A stretch of 64,000 bases of DNA. It comes from Candidatus Elarobacter sp. GTDB lineage: Bacteria > Vulcanimicrobiota > Vulcanimicrobiia > Vulcanimicrobiales > Vulcanimicrobiaceae. Below the pieces are notes generated by a model. The model was given only the letters and a program-made list of their open reading frames with translations. It had not been told where the DNA came from and did no database searches. Location: contig DASZBS010000021.1 of NCBI GenBank assembly GCA_035943995.1, positions 58,604-122,603 on the forward strand. The letters are read 5' to 3'. The position numbers were made by a program, and so were the translations under genes. Shown here one piece after another: positions 37,705-46,073 of this stretch (positions are counted from its first letter, which is position 1; each line of letters starts with the position of its first letter).

Positions 37705-39152
37705 TTGTGGTCGGCGGTCTTCGCCGGCACGATCGCCTCACCGTTCGCGGCGGGCGGCGTGTTGAAGTCCGCGCCGGACTTCGTGCGCGCGAGCAGGTTG
37801 CGCGCGAGCTGCAAGCCGGCCGCGCCCTGCGTCATGATCTTGCCCATCATCTCCGACATGCCGTCGGCGCCGTTGAGCACGATCATCTGGTCGATGTTGT
37901 TGAACGCCTTCGCGCCCGCTTCGACGATCGCCGGCCAGTGCTCGGCGAGCTGCTGCGAGATGACGGCTTCCTGGTTCTGCGCCAGCGCTTCGGCGCGCGC
38001 CTTGATCGCCGACGCTTCGGCCAGACCGCGCGCGCTGATCGCATCGCCTTCGGCGGTACCTTTCGCGCGGATCGCGGAGCCTTCGGCGTCGCCGATCATC
38101 TTCGTGCGGGTCGAGTCGGCGTCGGCGGCGAGCTTGACGCGCGTCGCGTCGGCTTGCGCTTGCAGCTCGATTTGCCTCGCGCGGGCTTCGGCGGCGGCGA
38201 TGTCGGCGTCGCGCTGCGCGTTCGCGAGCGTGGTCTTCTCGTACGCCGCGGCGTCGGCCGGACGGCGCACCGAGACCAGCAGCTCGGACTCTTTCTTGTG
38301 CGCGTCCAGCTCGACGATCTTGGTCTCTTCGACGACGACTTGCTGGCGCGCCATCGCGTCGGCGAGCGGTCCGGCTTGCTTCGCCTGCGCCGCCGCCTTG
38401 TCGACTTCGGCTTGAAAGCCGGCCTGTTTGATCTTGCTGTCACGCTGCGCTTGCGCTTTGAGCGCAGCCGCCTCTTGCTCGCGCTGCGTCGCTTCTTGAT
38501 CGGCCTGCGCCTGCGCGATGCGCGCGTCGCGCTGCACCGTCGCGGTGTGCGGCTTGGAGAGGTTGTCGATGTAGCCGGTTGGGTCGTCGATCTCCTGAAT
38601 TTGCAGCGAGTCGACGATGAGCCCGAGCTTCTCCATCTCGGTGCCGGATGCGCCGCGCGTCGCTTCGGTCAGCTTGTCGCGTTCGCGAATCAAATCTTCG
38701 ACGGTGAGCGAGCCGCAGATGGCGCGCAGATGGCCGGCGAACACCTGCTGGATCCGCGCGTCCATGCGATCTTGCTGGTCCAAAAAACGGCGCGCCGCGT
38801 TGGCGATCGATGCGAAGTCGTCACCGACTTTGTAGATCACGACGCCTTTGATGTGGACCGGGATCCCTTGCTGCGTCACGCACGCGATCTGCAGCTCGGA
38901 CTCGCGCAGGTCGAGCGAGAGCTTGCGCACCACCTGGACGCCCGGGATGACGAGCGTTCCGCGCCCGGTGACGATCTTGAAGCCGAGCGACTCGCCCGTC
39001 TCTTCGTTCGAACGGTGATGCAGGCCCGAGATGACGAGCGCCTCGTTCGGTTCGGCCACCCGCCACATCGCCCGGAACAGCGCGATGAAGATGGCGAGTG
39101 CGACGACGATGACGCCGATGATCAAAACGGCGGATCCCTCGAGTGTAGTCAC
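37701..39152 (-). CDS. Flotillin/SPFH domain protein
   Basis: VAEPNEALVISG, CVTQQGIP, FAGHLRAICG, SLQIQEI.D and EA-rich flotillin repeats. Confidence 0.92.
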   Translation of the reverse strand: MTTLEGSAVLIIGVIVVALAIFIALFRAMWRVAEPNEALVISGLHHRSNEETGESLGFKIVTGRGTLVIPGVQVVRKLSLDLRESELQIACVTQQGIPVHIKGVVIYKVGDDFASIANAARRFLDQQDRMDARIQQVFAGHLRAICGSLTVEDLIRERDKLTEATRGASGTEMEKLGLIVDSLQIQEIDDPTGYIDNLSKPHTATVQRDARIAQAQADQEATQREQEAAALKAQAQRDSKIKQAGFQAEVDKAAAQAKQAGPLADAMARQQVVVEETKIVELDAHKKESELLVSVRRPADAAAYEKTTLANAQRDADIAAAEARARQIELQAQADATRVKLAADADSTRTKMIGDAEGSAIRAKGTAEGDAISARGLAEASAIKARAEALAQNQEAVISQQLAEHWPAIVEAGAKAFNNIDQMIVLNGADGMSEMMGKIMTQGAAGLQLARNLLARTKSGADFNTPPAANGEAIVPAKTADHK

Positions 39153-39176
39153 GTTATCCCTCCAGCGCCGGCGCGG

Positions 39177-39380
39177 TCACGCCTCGGCGACCATTACCGT
39201 CCGCGGCGGATAGTACTCGACGACGACCACTCTGGTTCCGACCGCGATGGTCTTCGGATCGCACGGGTAGGCGTGGAAGTGTTCAGTGCCTCCACGCACG
39301 GCGAGCATGACCTCACCGACCCGACCGGGACCTACGGTCCCCGTCACGCGCCCGACTTTCCCCACGACCTCGTCCGTGAT
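39177..39380 (-). CDS. Small NfeD-C-like OB-fold partner of flotillin
   Basis: GRVTGTVGPG.VGEVM..VRGG.E.F.AYP...I..GT.V.VVEY.PPRTV.V; start codon ambiguous (ATC 39380, ACG 39377 or GTG 39365). Confidence 0.75.
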   Translation of the reverse strand: MTDEVVGKVGRVTGTVGPGRVGEVMLAVRGGTEHFHAYPCDPKTIAVGTRVVVVEYYPPRTVMVAEA

Positions 39381-39468
39381 GGTCCTCCGCCTCTCCGCAG
39401 CAAGACGCCCGTCCGTACCGGGCGGGATATCCGATGTTACGCCGCGGTCGCGCGGAACCCCGCGCGGA

Positions 39469-41046
39469 TCATCCGGTAGCGGCCACTCGGACCTGGGCGC
39501 TGGCGCCGTCGCCGTCCACGCGGATCGTCGGCGCACCGGGCACGACGCTCTGCGGGATGATCTGGAACTCGATGACCTTCACCCCGGACGCGGGCAGCTC
39601 GACGGTGGTGCGGAACGGCGCGCACTGGCGGTCGTTGCAGAACGACGCCACCCAGTGCTTCGGCAGGCCGCTCGCGGCCACGGCGACCGTCTTGCCGGGC
39701 GTCCCCGCGACGACGAGCCGGTACTTGTACGTGCTCGAAACCGAGCCCGGCAGGTCGGGGCCGGTCCAGGGCGCGAGCGACAGGGCCGTCTTGCCCGCCG
39801 GGTGCGCGGTGTCGAGCGCGACCGTCGCCTCTTGTGCCTCTTCCAAGTACATCGCGTATCGGCTGTCGGTCTTGGGCAGCTTGGCCGTCCACGCGCTCGT
39901 CTGCGCGAACGCGGCGCGCGCCTTCGCGGGGTCGCCGGCTTTCACGTACATGCGGCCCTGGTAGAGATATGCCCACGCGAGCTTGCGGATCGCCTTGGCG
40001 TCCTTCGGTTTGGCGGCGACCGCGGCGCGCGCCCGGCCGATCGCCTGCGCGAACGCGATCGGCGCGTCGTTGAAGCGCTTCGCGTCGCCGGCCGACACGC
40101 CGAGCGAGACGAACGCGTCGACGCTCGGGTCGACGTGCGCGACGGTCGCGTACGCGTCGGTCGCAGCGGCGTCGTCGCCGGTCGCGTGCAGCGCGCTCGC
40201 GTAGCCGTTGAGCAGGTCGACGTCGGTCGCGGACACGGCGAGCCCGCGCCGATACGCCGCGAGCGCCTCGGGCCACTGCTCGCGGGCCGACGCGGTGTCG
40301 CCCTGCAGGCGTGCGAGAAGAACTTTGCTGTCGTCCGTTTCCGCGACGGGCTCCAATGCTTTGACGGCAGCATCGCGCAGCGCGTTCTCCTCGGCCTGCG
40401 TGCGAAGATAATCGGTGTCGCCGTCGACGTTCTCCGCCGTGTCGATCGCCGACAGCACCTTCTTCGCGGCATCGCGCACGGTCGCGGCGTCGCCGTCGAA
40501 CGCGAACTTCGCCGGGTCGAGCAGCGCGTCGGCCTTCTTCTGCGCGGCCGTTGCGAGCACGCCGTTGCGGCCAGCCCGTGCGTCGTTGACGAACCCGGCG
40601 AGCACCGGCGGCGAGATGTTGCCGACGTAGCGCGCCCGCAGCACGCCGTCGCCGGAGATCACGAACGTAGTCGGAAACGCGCGCACGTCGTACGTATTGG
40701 AGAACGCTTTGTCGCCGTCGATCGCCTGGGCGTACGGCATGGGCTTCGCCGCGAGGAACGCGCGCACGATCGGCGCAGCTTCGGTCGAGTCGACGCCCAG
40801 GAACACCACGTCGTGCTTCGCGCCGAGCTTCTTTGCGGCCGCGATCAGGTCGGGCGTTTCCTCGCGGCACGGCGGACACCACGTCGCCCAGTCGTTGAGC
40901 ACGAGCGTCTTGCCGCGGAAATCCGCCAGCGACACGGCCTTGCCGTCGAGCGTCGTGAGGTGGAAGTCCGGCGCCGGCGAGCCGACCTGCGGGCCCGGCG
41001 GGCCGGTGAGGGCGAGCGCCGTCGCGGCGAGGATTGCGTGCAGCAT
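39469..41046 (-). CDS. TlpA-like disulfide reductase-TPR-C-terminal beta-sandwich protein (paralog 1)
   Basis: WATWCPPCREE thioredoxin motif, TPR-like helices, C-terminal FCNDRQC. Confidence 0.85.
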   Translation of the reverse strand: MLHAILAATALALTGPPGPQVGSPAPDFHLTTLDGKAVSLADFRGKTLVLNDWATWCPPCREETPDLIAAAKKLGAKHDVVFLGVDSTEAAPIVRAFLAAKPMPYAQAIDGDKAFSNTYDVRAFPTTFVISGDGVLRARYVGNISPPVLAGFVNDARAGRNGVLATAAQKKADALLDPAKFAFDGDAATVRDAAKKVLSAIDTAENVDGDTDYLRTQAEENALRDAAVKALEPVAETDDSKVLLARLQGDTASAREQWPEALAAYRRGLAVSATDVDLLNGYASALHATGDDAAATDAYATVAHVDPSVDAFVSLGVSAGDAKRFNDAPIAFAQAIGRARAAVAAKPKDAKAIRKLAWAYLYQGRMYVKAGDPAKARAAFAQTSAWTAKLPKTDSRYAMYLEEAQEATVALDTAHPAGKTALSLAPWTGPDLPGSVSSTYKYRLVVAGTPGKTVAVAASGLPKHWVASFCNDRQCAPFRTTVELPASGVKVIEFQIIPQSVVPGAPTIRVDGDGASAQVRVAATG

Positions 41047-41052
41047 GATCTC

Positions 41053-42663
41053 CTAAACGTTGACGACCGTGCGGACCGTCGCGACGGTCCGGCCGCCGCT
41101 CGTCGCATCGATGCGGACGTTCACCGGACCCTTGCGCTCCGTGGTGGGAACGACCTGGAACTCGACGACCTTCACGCCGTCGGGCGGCATGACGACCGAC
41201 GTGCGGAACGGCGCGCAGACGCGGTCGGTGCAGAACGACCCGATCCAGCGCTGTGGCAGTCCGCTGGCAGCGAGCGCGACCTTCGCGCCGGGCGCGCCGG
41301 TCACGACGAGGCGGTACTTGAACGTGCTGTCGATCGAGCCCGGCAGATCGGCGCCGGTCCACGGTGCGAGCGAGAGCGCGGCCCGGCTGCCGCGCGCGAC
41401 GTCGAGCGCGACGGTGCCTTCCTGCGCCTGTTCGGCGTACCACTCCCGGCGCGGATCGTTCGGCGCGATCCGCACGGCGGCATCGGCGGCGCGCGCGAAC
41501 GCGGCGCGCGCCTTGTCGCGGTTGCCGGCGGCGATCTCCGTGCGGCCGTAGTACAGGTTCGTCCACGCGAGCTGCGCCGGTTTGGTTGCGAGCGCGATCG
41601 CTTTTTCGAAGCTCTGCTCGGCGGCGGCGACGTTGCCGCCCTTCGCCTGCACGCGGCCGAGTGACACGTACGACGCATACGTCGGCGCGCGCTCGGCGAT
41701 CTTCGCGTCGATGGCCGCGACGCGCGCGTCGTCGCCGAGATGCGACACCGCGTACGCCTGGCCGCTCATCGCGTCGACGTCGTTCGGGGCGTGCTCGAGC
41801 GCTTGGCCGTAGAACGCGTCGGCGTCGCTCCATTTGCCGAGCTCCGCCGCTTCGTCGCCGCGCAGCCGCGCGAGCAGCGCGAGGTCGGCGTCGCCGGACG
41901 CGACCGGCGCAAACGCCGCGATCGCCGCCGCGCGCAGGATTTCTTGCTCGGCGTGCGTCTTGATCAAGTCGTGGTCGCGCGCCGGGTCGTTCATCGCCTC
42001 GTCCTGCAGGTCGTCGGCGTTGGCGATCGCGTGCGCGGCTTTGGTGACGTTGTCGCGGATCGACGCGGCGTCGCCGGTGAACGGGTACTTCGCCGGATCG
42101 AGCAGCGCGTCGAGTTGCGCTTGGAACGCCGTGCTCAGCGGCGCGCTCTCGTTGCGCTGTGCCGCAACGATGTACGCGTGCAACTGCGCGCGCGGCAAAA
42201 TGTTGTCCGCGTGGCGCGCACGCAGCACGCCGTCGGGCCCGATGACGAGCGTGGTCGGATAGTTGCGGATGTCGTATGCTTTCGCGAAGTCGCTCGTGCT
42301 CGTGGTCACCGCCTGCGGGTACGCGATCCCCTTGGCGGCGACGAACGCGCGCACGACGTTCGCGGTCTCCGTGGTGTCGACGCCGAGGAACGCGACGCCG
42401 CGCGACGCGTCGGCCTTGGATTCCGCGACCAGATCGGGCGTTTCGAGCCGGCACGGTGGGCACCACGAGCCCCACACGTTGATGACCAGGGTCTTGCCGC
42501 GGTAGTCCGCGAGCCGGACCATCTTGCCGTCGACGGTGGTCAACGCGAACGCCGGAGCGGGCTGGCCCACGACCGGACCGGGCAGCGGCGCGGCCGAAGC
42601 CGCCAAGGCGCAGAAACCCGCGCCCAGCACGGACACGACAACCAACGCGAGACAGCGCTTCAT
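41053..42663 (-). CDS. TlpA-like disulfide reductase-TPR-C-terminal beta-sandwich protein (paralog 2)
   Basis: WGSWCPPCRLE, TPR-like helices, C-terminal FCTDRVC; signal peptide from ATG 42663. Confidence 0.85.
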   Translation of the reverse strand: MKRCLALVVVSVLGAGFCALAASAAPLPGPVVGQPAPAFALTTVDGKMVRLADYRGKTLVINVWGSWCPPCRLETPDLVAESKADASRGVAFLGVDTTETANVVRAFVAAKGIAYPQAVTTSTSDFAKAYDIRNYPTTLVIGPDGVLRARHADNILPRAQLHAYIVAAQRNESAPLSTAFQAQLDALLDPAKYPFTGDAASIRDNVTKAAHAIANADDLQDEAMNDPARDHDLIKTHAEQEILRAAAIAAFAPVASGDADLALLARLRGDEAAELGKWSDADAFYGQALEHAPNDVDAMSGQAYAVSHLGDDARVAAIDAKIAERAPTYASYVSLGRVQAKGGNVAAAEQSFEKAIALATKPAQLAWTNLYYGRTEIAAGNRDKARAAFARAADAAVRIAPNDPRREWYAEQAQEGTVALDVARGSRAALSLAPWTGADLPGSIDSTFKYRLVVTGAPGAKVALAASGLPQRWIGSFCTDRVCAPFRTSVVMPPDGVKVVEFQVVPTTERKGPVNVRIDATSGGRTVATVRTVVNV

Positions 42664-42722
42664 GTCGGTTAGGGACGCCCCGCTACGGACGTAGGTTGCG
42701 ACGTCCGAGCTCACGGACCGGG

Positions 42723-43490
42723 CTACGTGCGCAGCTTGTACCCGGACGCCGTCATCCGCAGCGCGACCGTGAACGCGAGAAGCGACAGCACGGCTACGAC
42801 GCTCAGCGACAGCGCCAGCGGCACATCGCCCTTGTCGATGTAGCTGTAGCGGAAGGCGTCGATCATGTAGGCCATCGGGTTGAACAGCGAGATCTGGCGC
42901 AGCAGCGGTGGGAGCGACTGCGCCGACGTGAACACGCCGCCGACGAACACGAGCGGCGTGATGAAGAACGTCGTGAGCACCGCGATGTGGTCGAACTTCT
43001 CGGCCATCAGGCCGAAGATGATCCCGAGCGATGAGAACAGCACCGCGACCAGCGCGATGACGAGCAGGTACAAGCCCCAGTTCGACGGCACCGCGTGCAC
43101 GAAGATCACGCCCAGCACCGTGACCAGCAGCGCGATGAAGATCGCGCGCACCGCGCCCGCGACCACGTAGCCGAGCACCATCTCGATCGCCGACAGCGGC
43201 GCGATCAGCAGCTCCTGGATCGAGTTCATGAACCGCCCCTGGAACACCGACGAGGAGCTCTCGCTGTACGTCTGATCGATCACCTGCAGCATGATGAGCC
43301 CGGGGATCAGGAACTGCGCGTACGGCACGCCGTTCATGGTCTTGATGCTGCTCCCGAGCGCGAGGCCGAACACGAACACGTACAGCAGCGTCTGAATCAC
43401 CGGCGGCCAGATCACCTGGTTGATGATCGAGAACGTGCGCACCATCTCGCGCTTGATCAGCGTCTGGAATCCGATCGAGTTCGCGATCAT
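42723..43490 (-). CDS. ABC-2 type permease (YadH-like)
   Basis: TLIKREM.R, Y.QFLIPGLIM, I.ELL.AP, NP..YMIDAFRY. Confidence 0.9.
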   Translation of the reverse strand: MIANSIGFQTLIKREMVRTFSIINQVIWPPVIQTLLYVFVFGLALGSSIKTMNGVPYAQFLIPGLIMLQVIDQTYSESSSSVFQGRFMNSIQELLIAPLSAIEMVLGYVVAGAVRAIFIALLVTVLGVIFVHAVPSNWGLYLLVIALVAVLFSSLGIIFGLMAEKFDHIAVLTTFFITPLVFVGGVFTSAQSLPPLLRQISLFNPMAYMIDAFRYSYIDKGDVPLALSLSVVAVLSLLAFTVALRMTASGYKLRT

Positions 43491-44206
43491 CGGCGGGTGA
43501 GCTCCAGGAAGATGTCCTGCAGCGAGCCGTCGCCGATGAGCTGCTGCGTCGTCTCCAGCGCGATGAGCTTGCCGGTCTGGATGATGCCGATGCGGTCGCA
43601 GAGTTCCTCGGCTTCTTCCAGATAGTGCGTGGTCAGGATGATCGTCGTCCCGTTGGTGTTGAGCTCGCGCAGCAGCGACCACAGCTCCAAGCGCAATTCG
43701 ACGTCGACGCCCGCGGTCGGCTCGTCGAGGATCACCAGCTTCGGTTCGTGGATCAGCGCGCGCGCGAGCGTCAGCCGCCGCTTCATGCCGCCGGAAAGCT
43801 TGATGTAGGGCTGCTTCGCCTTCGATGCGAGGTCGAAACGTTCGAGCAGCATGTCCGCGCGCGCGTTGACGGCTTTGCCGCGGATGCCGTAGTAGCCGGC
43901 CTGGAAGATCAGCACGTCGCGGATGTTGAGATAGCGGTCGAAGTTGTACTCCTGCGGCGCGAGCCCGACTTGGCGGCGCGCGGTGCGCCAGTCGCGTTCG
44001 ACGTCGTGGCCGAATAGCGAGATCGAGCCGCTCGTGATCTTCGCGAGGCCCACCGTCGCGTTGATCGTCGTCGTCTTGCCGGCGCCGTTGGGGCCGAGCA
44101 GGCCGAAGAACTCGCCCTCCTGCACTTCGAACGAGATGCCGTCGACCGCGGTGAAATCGCCGTAGCGCTTCACGAGCTTGTCGACTTTGAGCGCGGGGGC
44201 GCTCAC
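43487..44206 (-). CDS. ABC transporter ATP-binding protein (YadG-like)
   Basis: GPNGAGKTT, LSGGMKRR, ILDEPTAGVD, LTTHYLEEAE. Confidence 0.93.
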   Translation of the reverse strand: MSAPALKVDKLVKRYGDFTAVDGISFEVQEGEFFGLLGPNGAGKTTTINATVGLAKITSGSISLFGHDVERDWRTARRQVGLAPQEYNFDRYLNIRDVLIFQAGYYGIRGKAVNARADMLLERFDLASKAKQPYIKLSGGMKRRLTLARALIHEPKLVILDEPTAGVDVELRLELWSLLRELNTNGTTIILTTHYLEEAEELCDRIGIIQTGKLIALETTQQLIGDGSLQDIFLELTRR

Positions 44207-44940
44207 GGAATCACCGAACCGGGCGGGCCCAGCTTCGTATAGCGATGGCGGCGCAGCGTGGCGAGGCGCTGCTCGACGTCGGGGATGCCGCTGCGCTTCA
44301 GCTGGCGCGCGACCTTGCCGATGTCGAACGCGACGCGGCGCGACTGCACTTCCCAGCCGTCGGAGCGCCAGGTGAGGATTGCGTAGTGCGCGGCCGGATC
44401 GCCGTCTTTGGGCAGGCCTGCCGACGCGACGTTGATCAGCGTGCGCCCGCGCCACACGCGCACGTACGGCACGTGCAGGTGGCCGAACGCGATCGTGCGC
44501 TGCGTGACGCCGTCGAACAAGCGCTCGAGCGTGTCGTCGTACGCGTCGGGCCACACGCGCTCGTCGTCGTTCTTGGGGTTCGCGTGGCATACGAGCAGCC
44601 CGTCCTCGCCGTCGCCGAACGCCAGCGAGAACGGCAACCCGGCCAGCCAGCTCGTCCACCCTTCGCCGATCCGTTCGCGCACCCAGCACACGGAGCGCGC
44701 GTCCTCGCCGTCGAGTTGCGCGAGATCCGCCTCACCGACGAAGCGATCGGTGTTGCCGCGCAGACACCGCGCGCCGATCGCGTCCAGCCGTTCGAGGACT
44801 TTCTTGGGCTTGGGTCCGTCCATGCACAGATCGCCCGCCGCGACGACGACGTCCGCTCCGCCGCGCGACGCGAGGTCGTCCAGACAACGGTCGAGCGCGT
44901 GCGCGTTGCCGTGGATGTCGGAGAGAACCGCTATACGCAA
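44203..44940 (-). CDS. Metallophosphoesterase (YfcE/MPP_2-like)
   Basis: SDIHGN, GD, GNTD, FGHLH.P, N.ASAG motifs. Confidence 0.88.
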   Translation of the reverse strand: MRIAVLSDIHGNAHALDRCLDDLASRGGADVVVAAGDLCMDGPKPKKVLERLDAIGARCLRGNTDRFVGEADLAQLDGEDARSVCWVRERIGEGWTSWLAGLPFSLAFGDGEDGLLVCHANPKNDDERVWPDAYDDTLERLFDGVTQRTIAFGHLHVPYVRVWRGRTLINVASAGLPKDGDPAAHYAILTWRSDGWEVQSRRVAFDIGKVARQLKRSGIPDVEQRLATLRRHRYTKLGPPGSVIP

Positions 44941-44943
44941 CCC

Positions 44944-45786
44944 TCAGCCGCGCTTCACGGCGAGGGCGAGCGAGAACGGGCCGTAACCCGCCTTTCCGAA
45001 CTCCCACAGGTCGATCGCCTCGACGGCGATCTTCGCCTTGCGCAAGATCGCGATCGACTCGCGGAAGCGCAGGTTCGCCACGACGAGCCGGTCGCGGATC
45101 ACGAGCACGCCGGCGGCGAGCTCTTCGCCGCGCGGAACTTCGATGACGCGCAAGTCCGTCGCCGCGACGAGATCCACGCGATCGGGCGCGGCGACCACCG
45201 TGTCGGACGCGACGAGCGAGAACACGTCGCGCAGGCGCGGCACGTCGTTCGCGACCGGCAGTTCGACGACCGTGAATCCTTGCTGTGTAGCGATCGCTTC
45301 GAGCTGGCGGCGGCCGAGCTCGTTTGAACGACGGCGCAAACCGGCGCCGGCGCGCGGGACGCCGATGAAGATCCGGCCCGGCGCGACCGCCACGTCGGTG
45401 GCGTCGAGCAGCCCGGGGGCTTCGATGCGTCCGACGATCGGGATGCCGAGCTCCGCGAGCTGCTTTTCGACGGCGCCGACTTCGGCGCGGCGCTCGATCT
45501 GCGACGGGCGCGCGATCACCGCGCCGTGCGGCAGCACGATCGCGCAATCCGCGACCAGCGTCTCGGTCGCCGCCTCGCTGACCGGCGCCATCTCGTGCAC
45601 CGTCACGCCGCGGTCGCGCAGCGTGCGCACCAGGATACCGTGCTGCTCCAGCGCGCGGTCGGCGATCGGCGACGGCTCGCCCTTGATAGGCGGCAAGCGG
45701 TCGACGGCGGTGGAAGGCCGCAAGACGACGGCGCCGGCGAGGGCGCCGGCGTCGGACGACACGTACGGGGCGGCATAGGACTTCAC
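44944..45786 (-). CDS. Amidinotransferase/DDAH-fold protein, probably lacking the canonical catalytic residues
   Basis: Overall DDAH-like pattern (QH..L...L, D..I, RP....R..E, G.I..PG.LD..D, S.RSNE.G, E..KAG..SL); start uncertain. Confidence 0.7.
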   Translation of the reverse strand: MKSYAAPYVSSDAGALAGAVVLRPSTAVDRLPPIKGEPSPIADRALEQHGILVRTLRDRGVTVHEMAPVSEAATETLVADCAIVLPHGAVIARPSQIERRAEVGAVEKQLAELGIPIVGRIEAPGLLDATDVAVAPGRIFIGVPRAGAGLRRRSNELGRRQLEAIATQQGFTVVELPVANDVPRLRDVFSLVASDTVVAAPDRVDLVAATDLRVIEVPRGEELAAGVLVIRDRLVVANLRFRESIAILRKAKIAVEAIDLWEFGKAGYGPFSLALAVKRG

Positions 45787-46073
45787 GGTCACGACCAGCG
45801 TCGGTTCGCCGGGACACGCCCCGGGTCCTGACCGCGGACCCGAAGAGGCACACATCACCCCGTACCGTCGCGGTCGTCCGCACCGCGTCCCATCTCCCTG
45901 GAACGAAAAGTTGATCGCGTGCAATCGACCTGGAGTTCTACGAGGCCAGTAGCTATGCTGAACCAGTCATTCCGCTTAACGGCGTCATTAGGACAACGGG
46001 ACCCGGCCGCCGCTGAGGCGCAAGCCGCACGACCAGGAGACAAAACGGGGGTATCCCAAGTATCAAAAGCACA

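Noticed and set aside
45972-46020. Possible integron attC site before the STAND gene (GCTTAAC...GCCGCTGAGGCG imperfect hairpin)
   Set aside because: An RYYYAAC-like half is present but there is no GTTRRRY core, no second site after the gene and no integrase.
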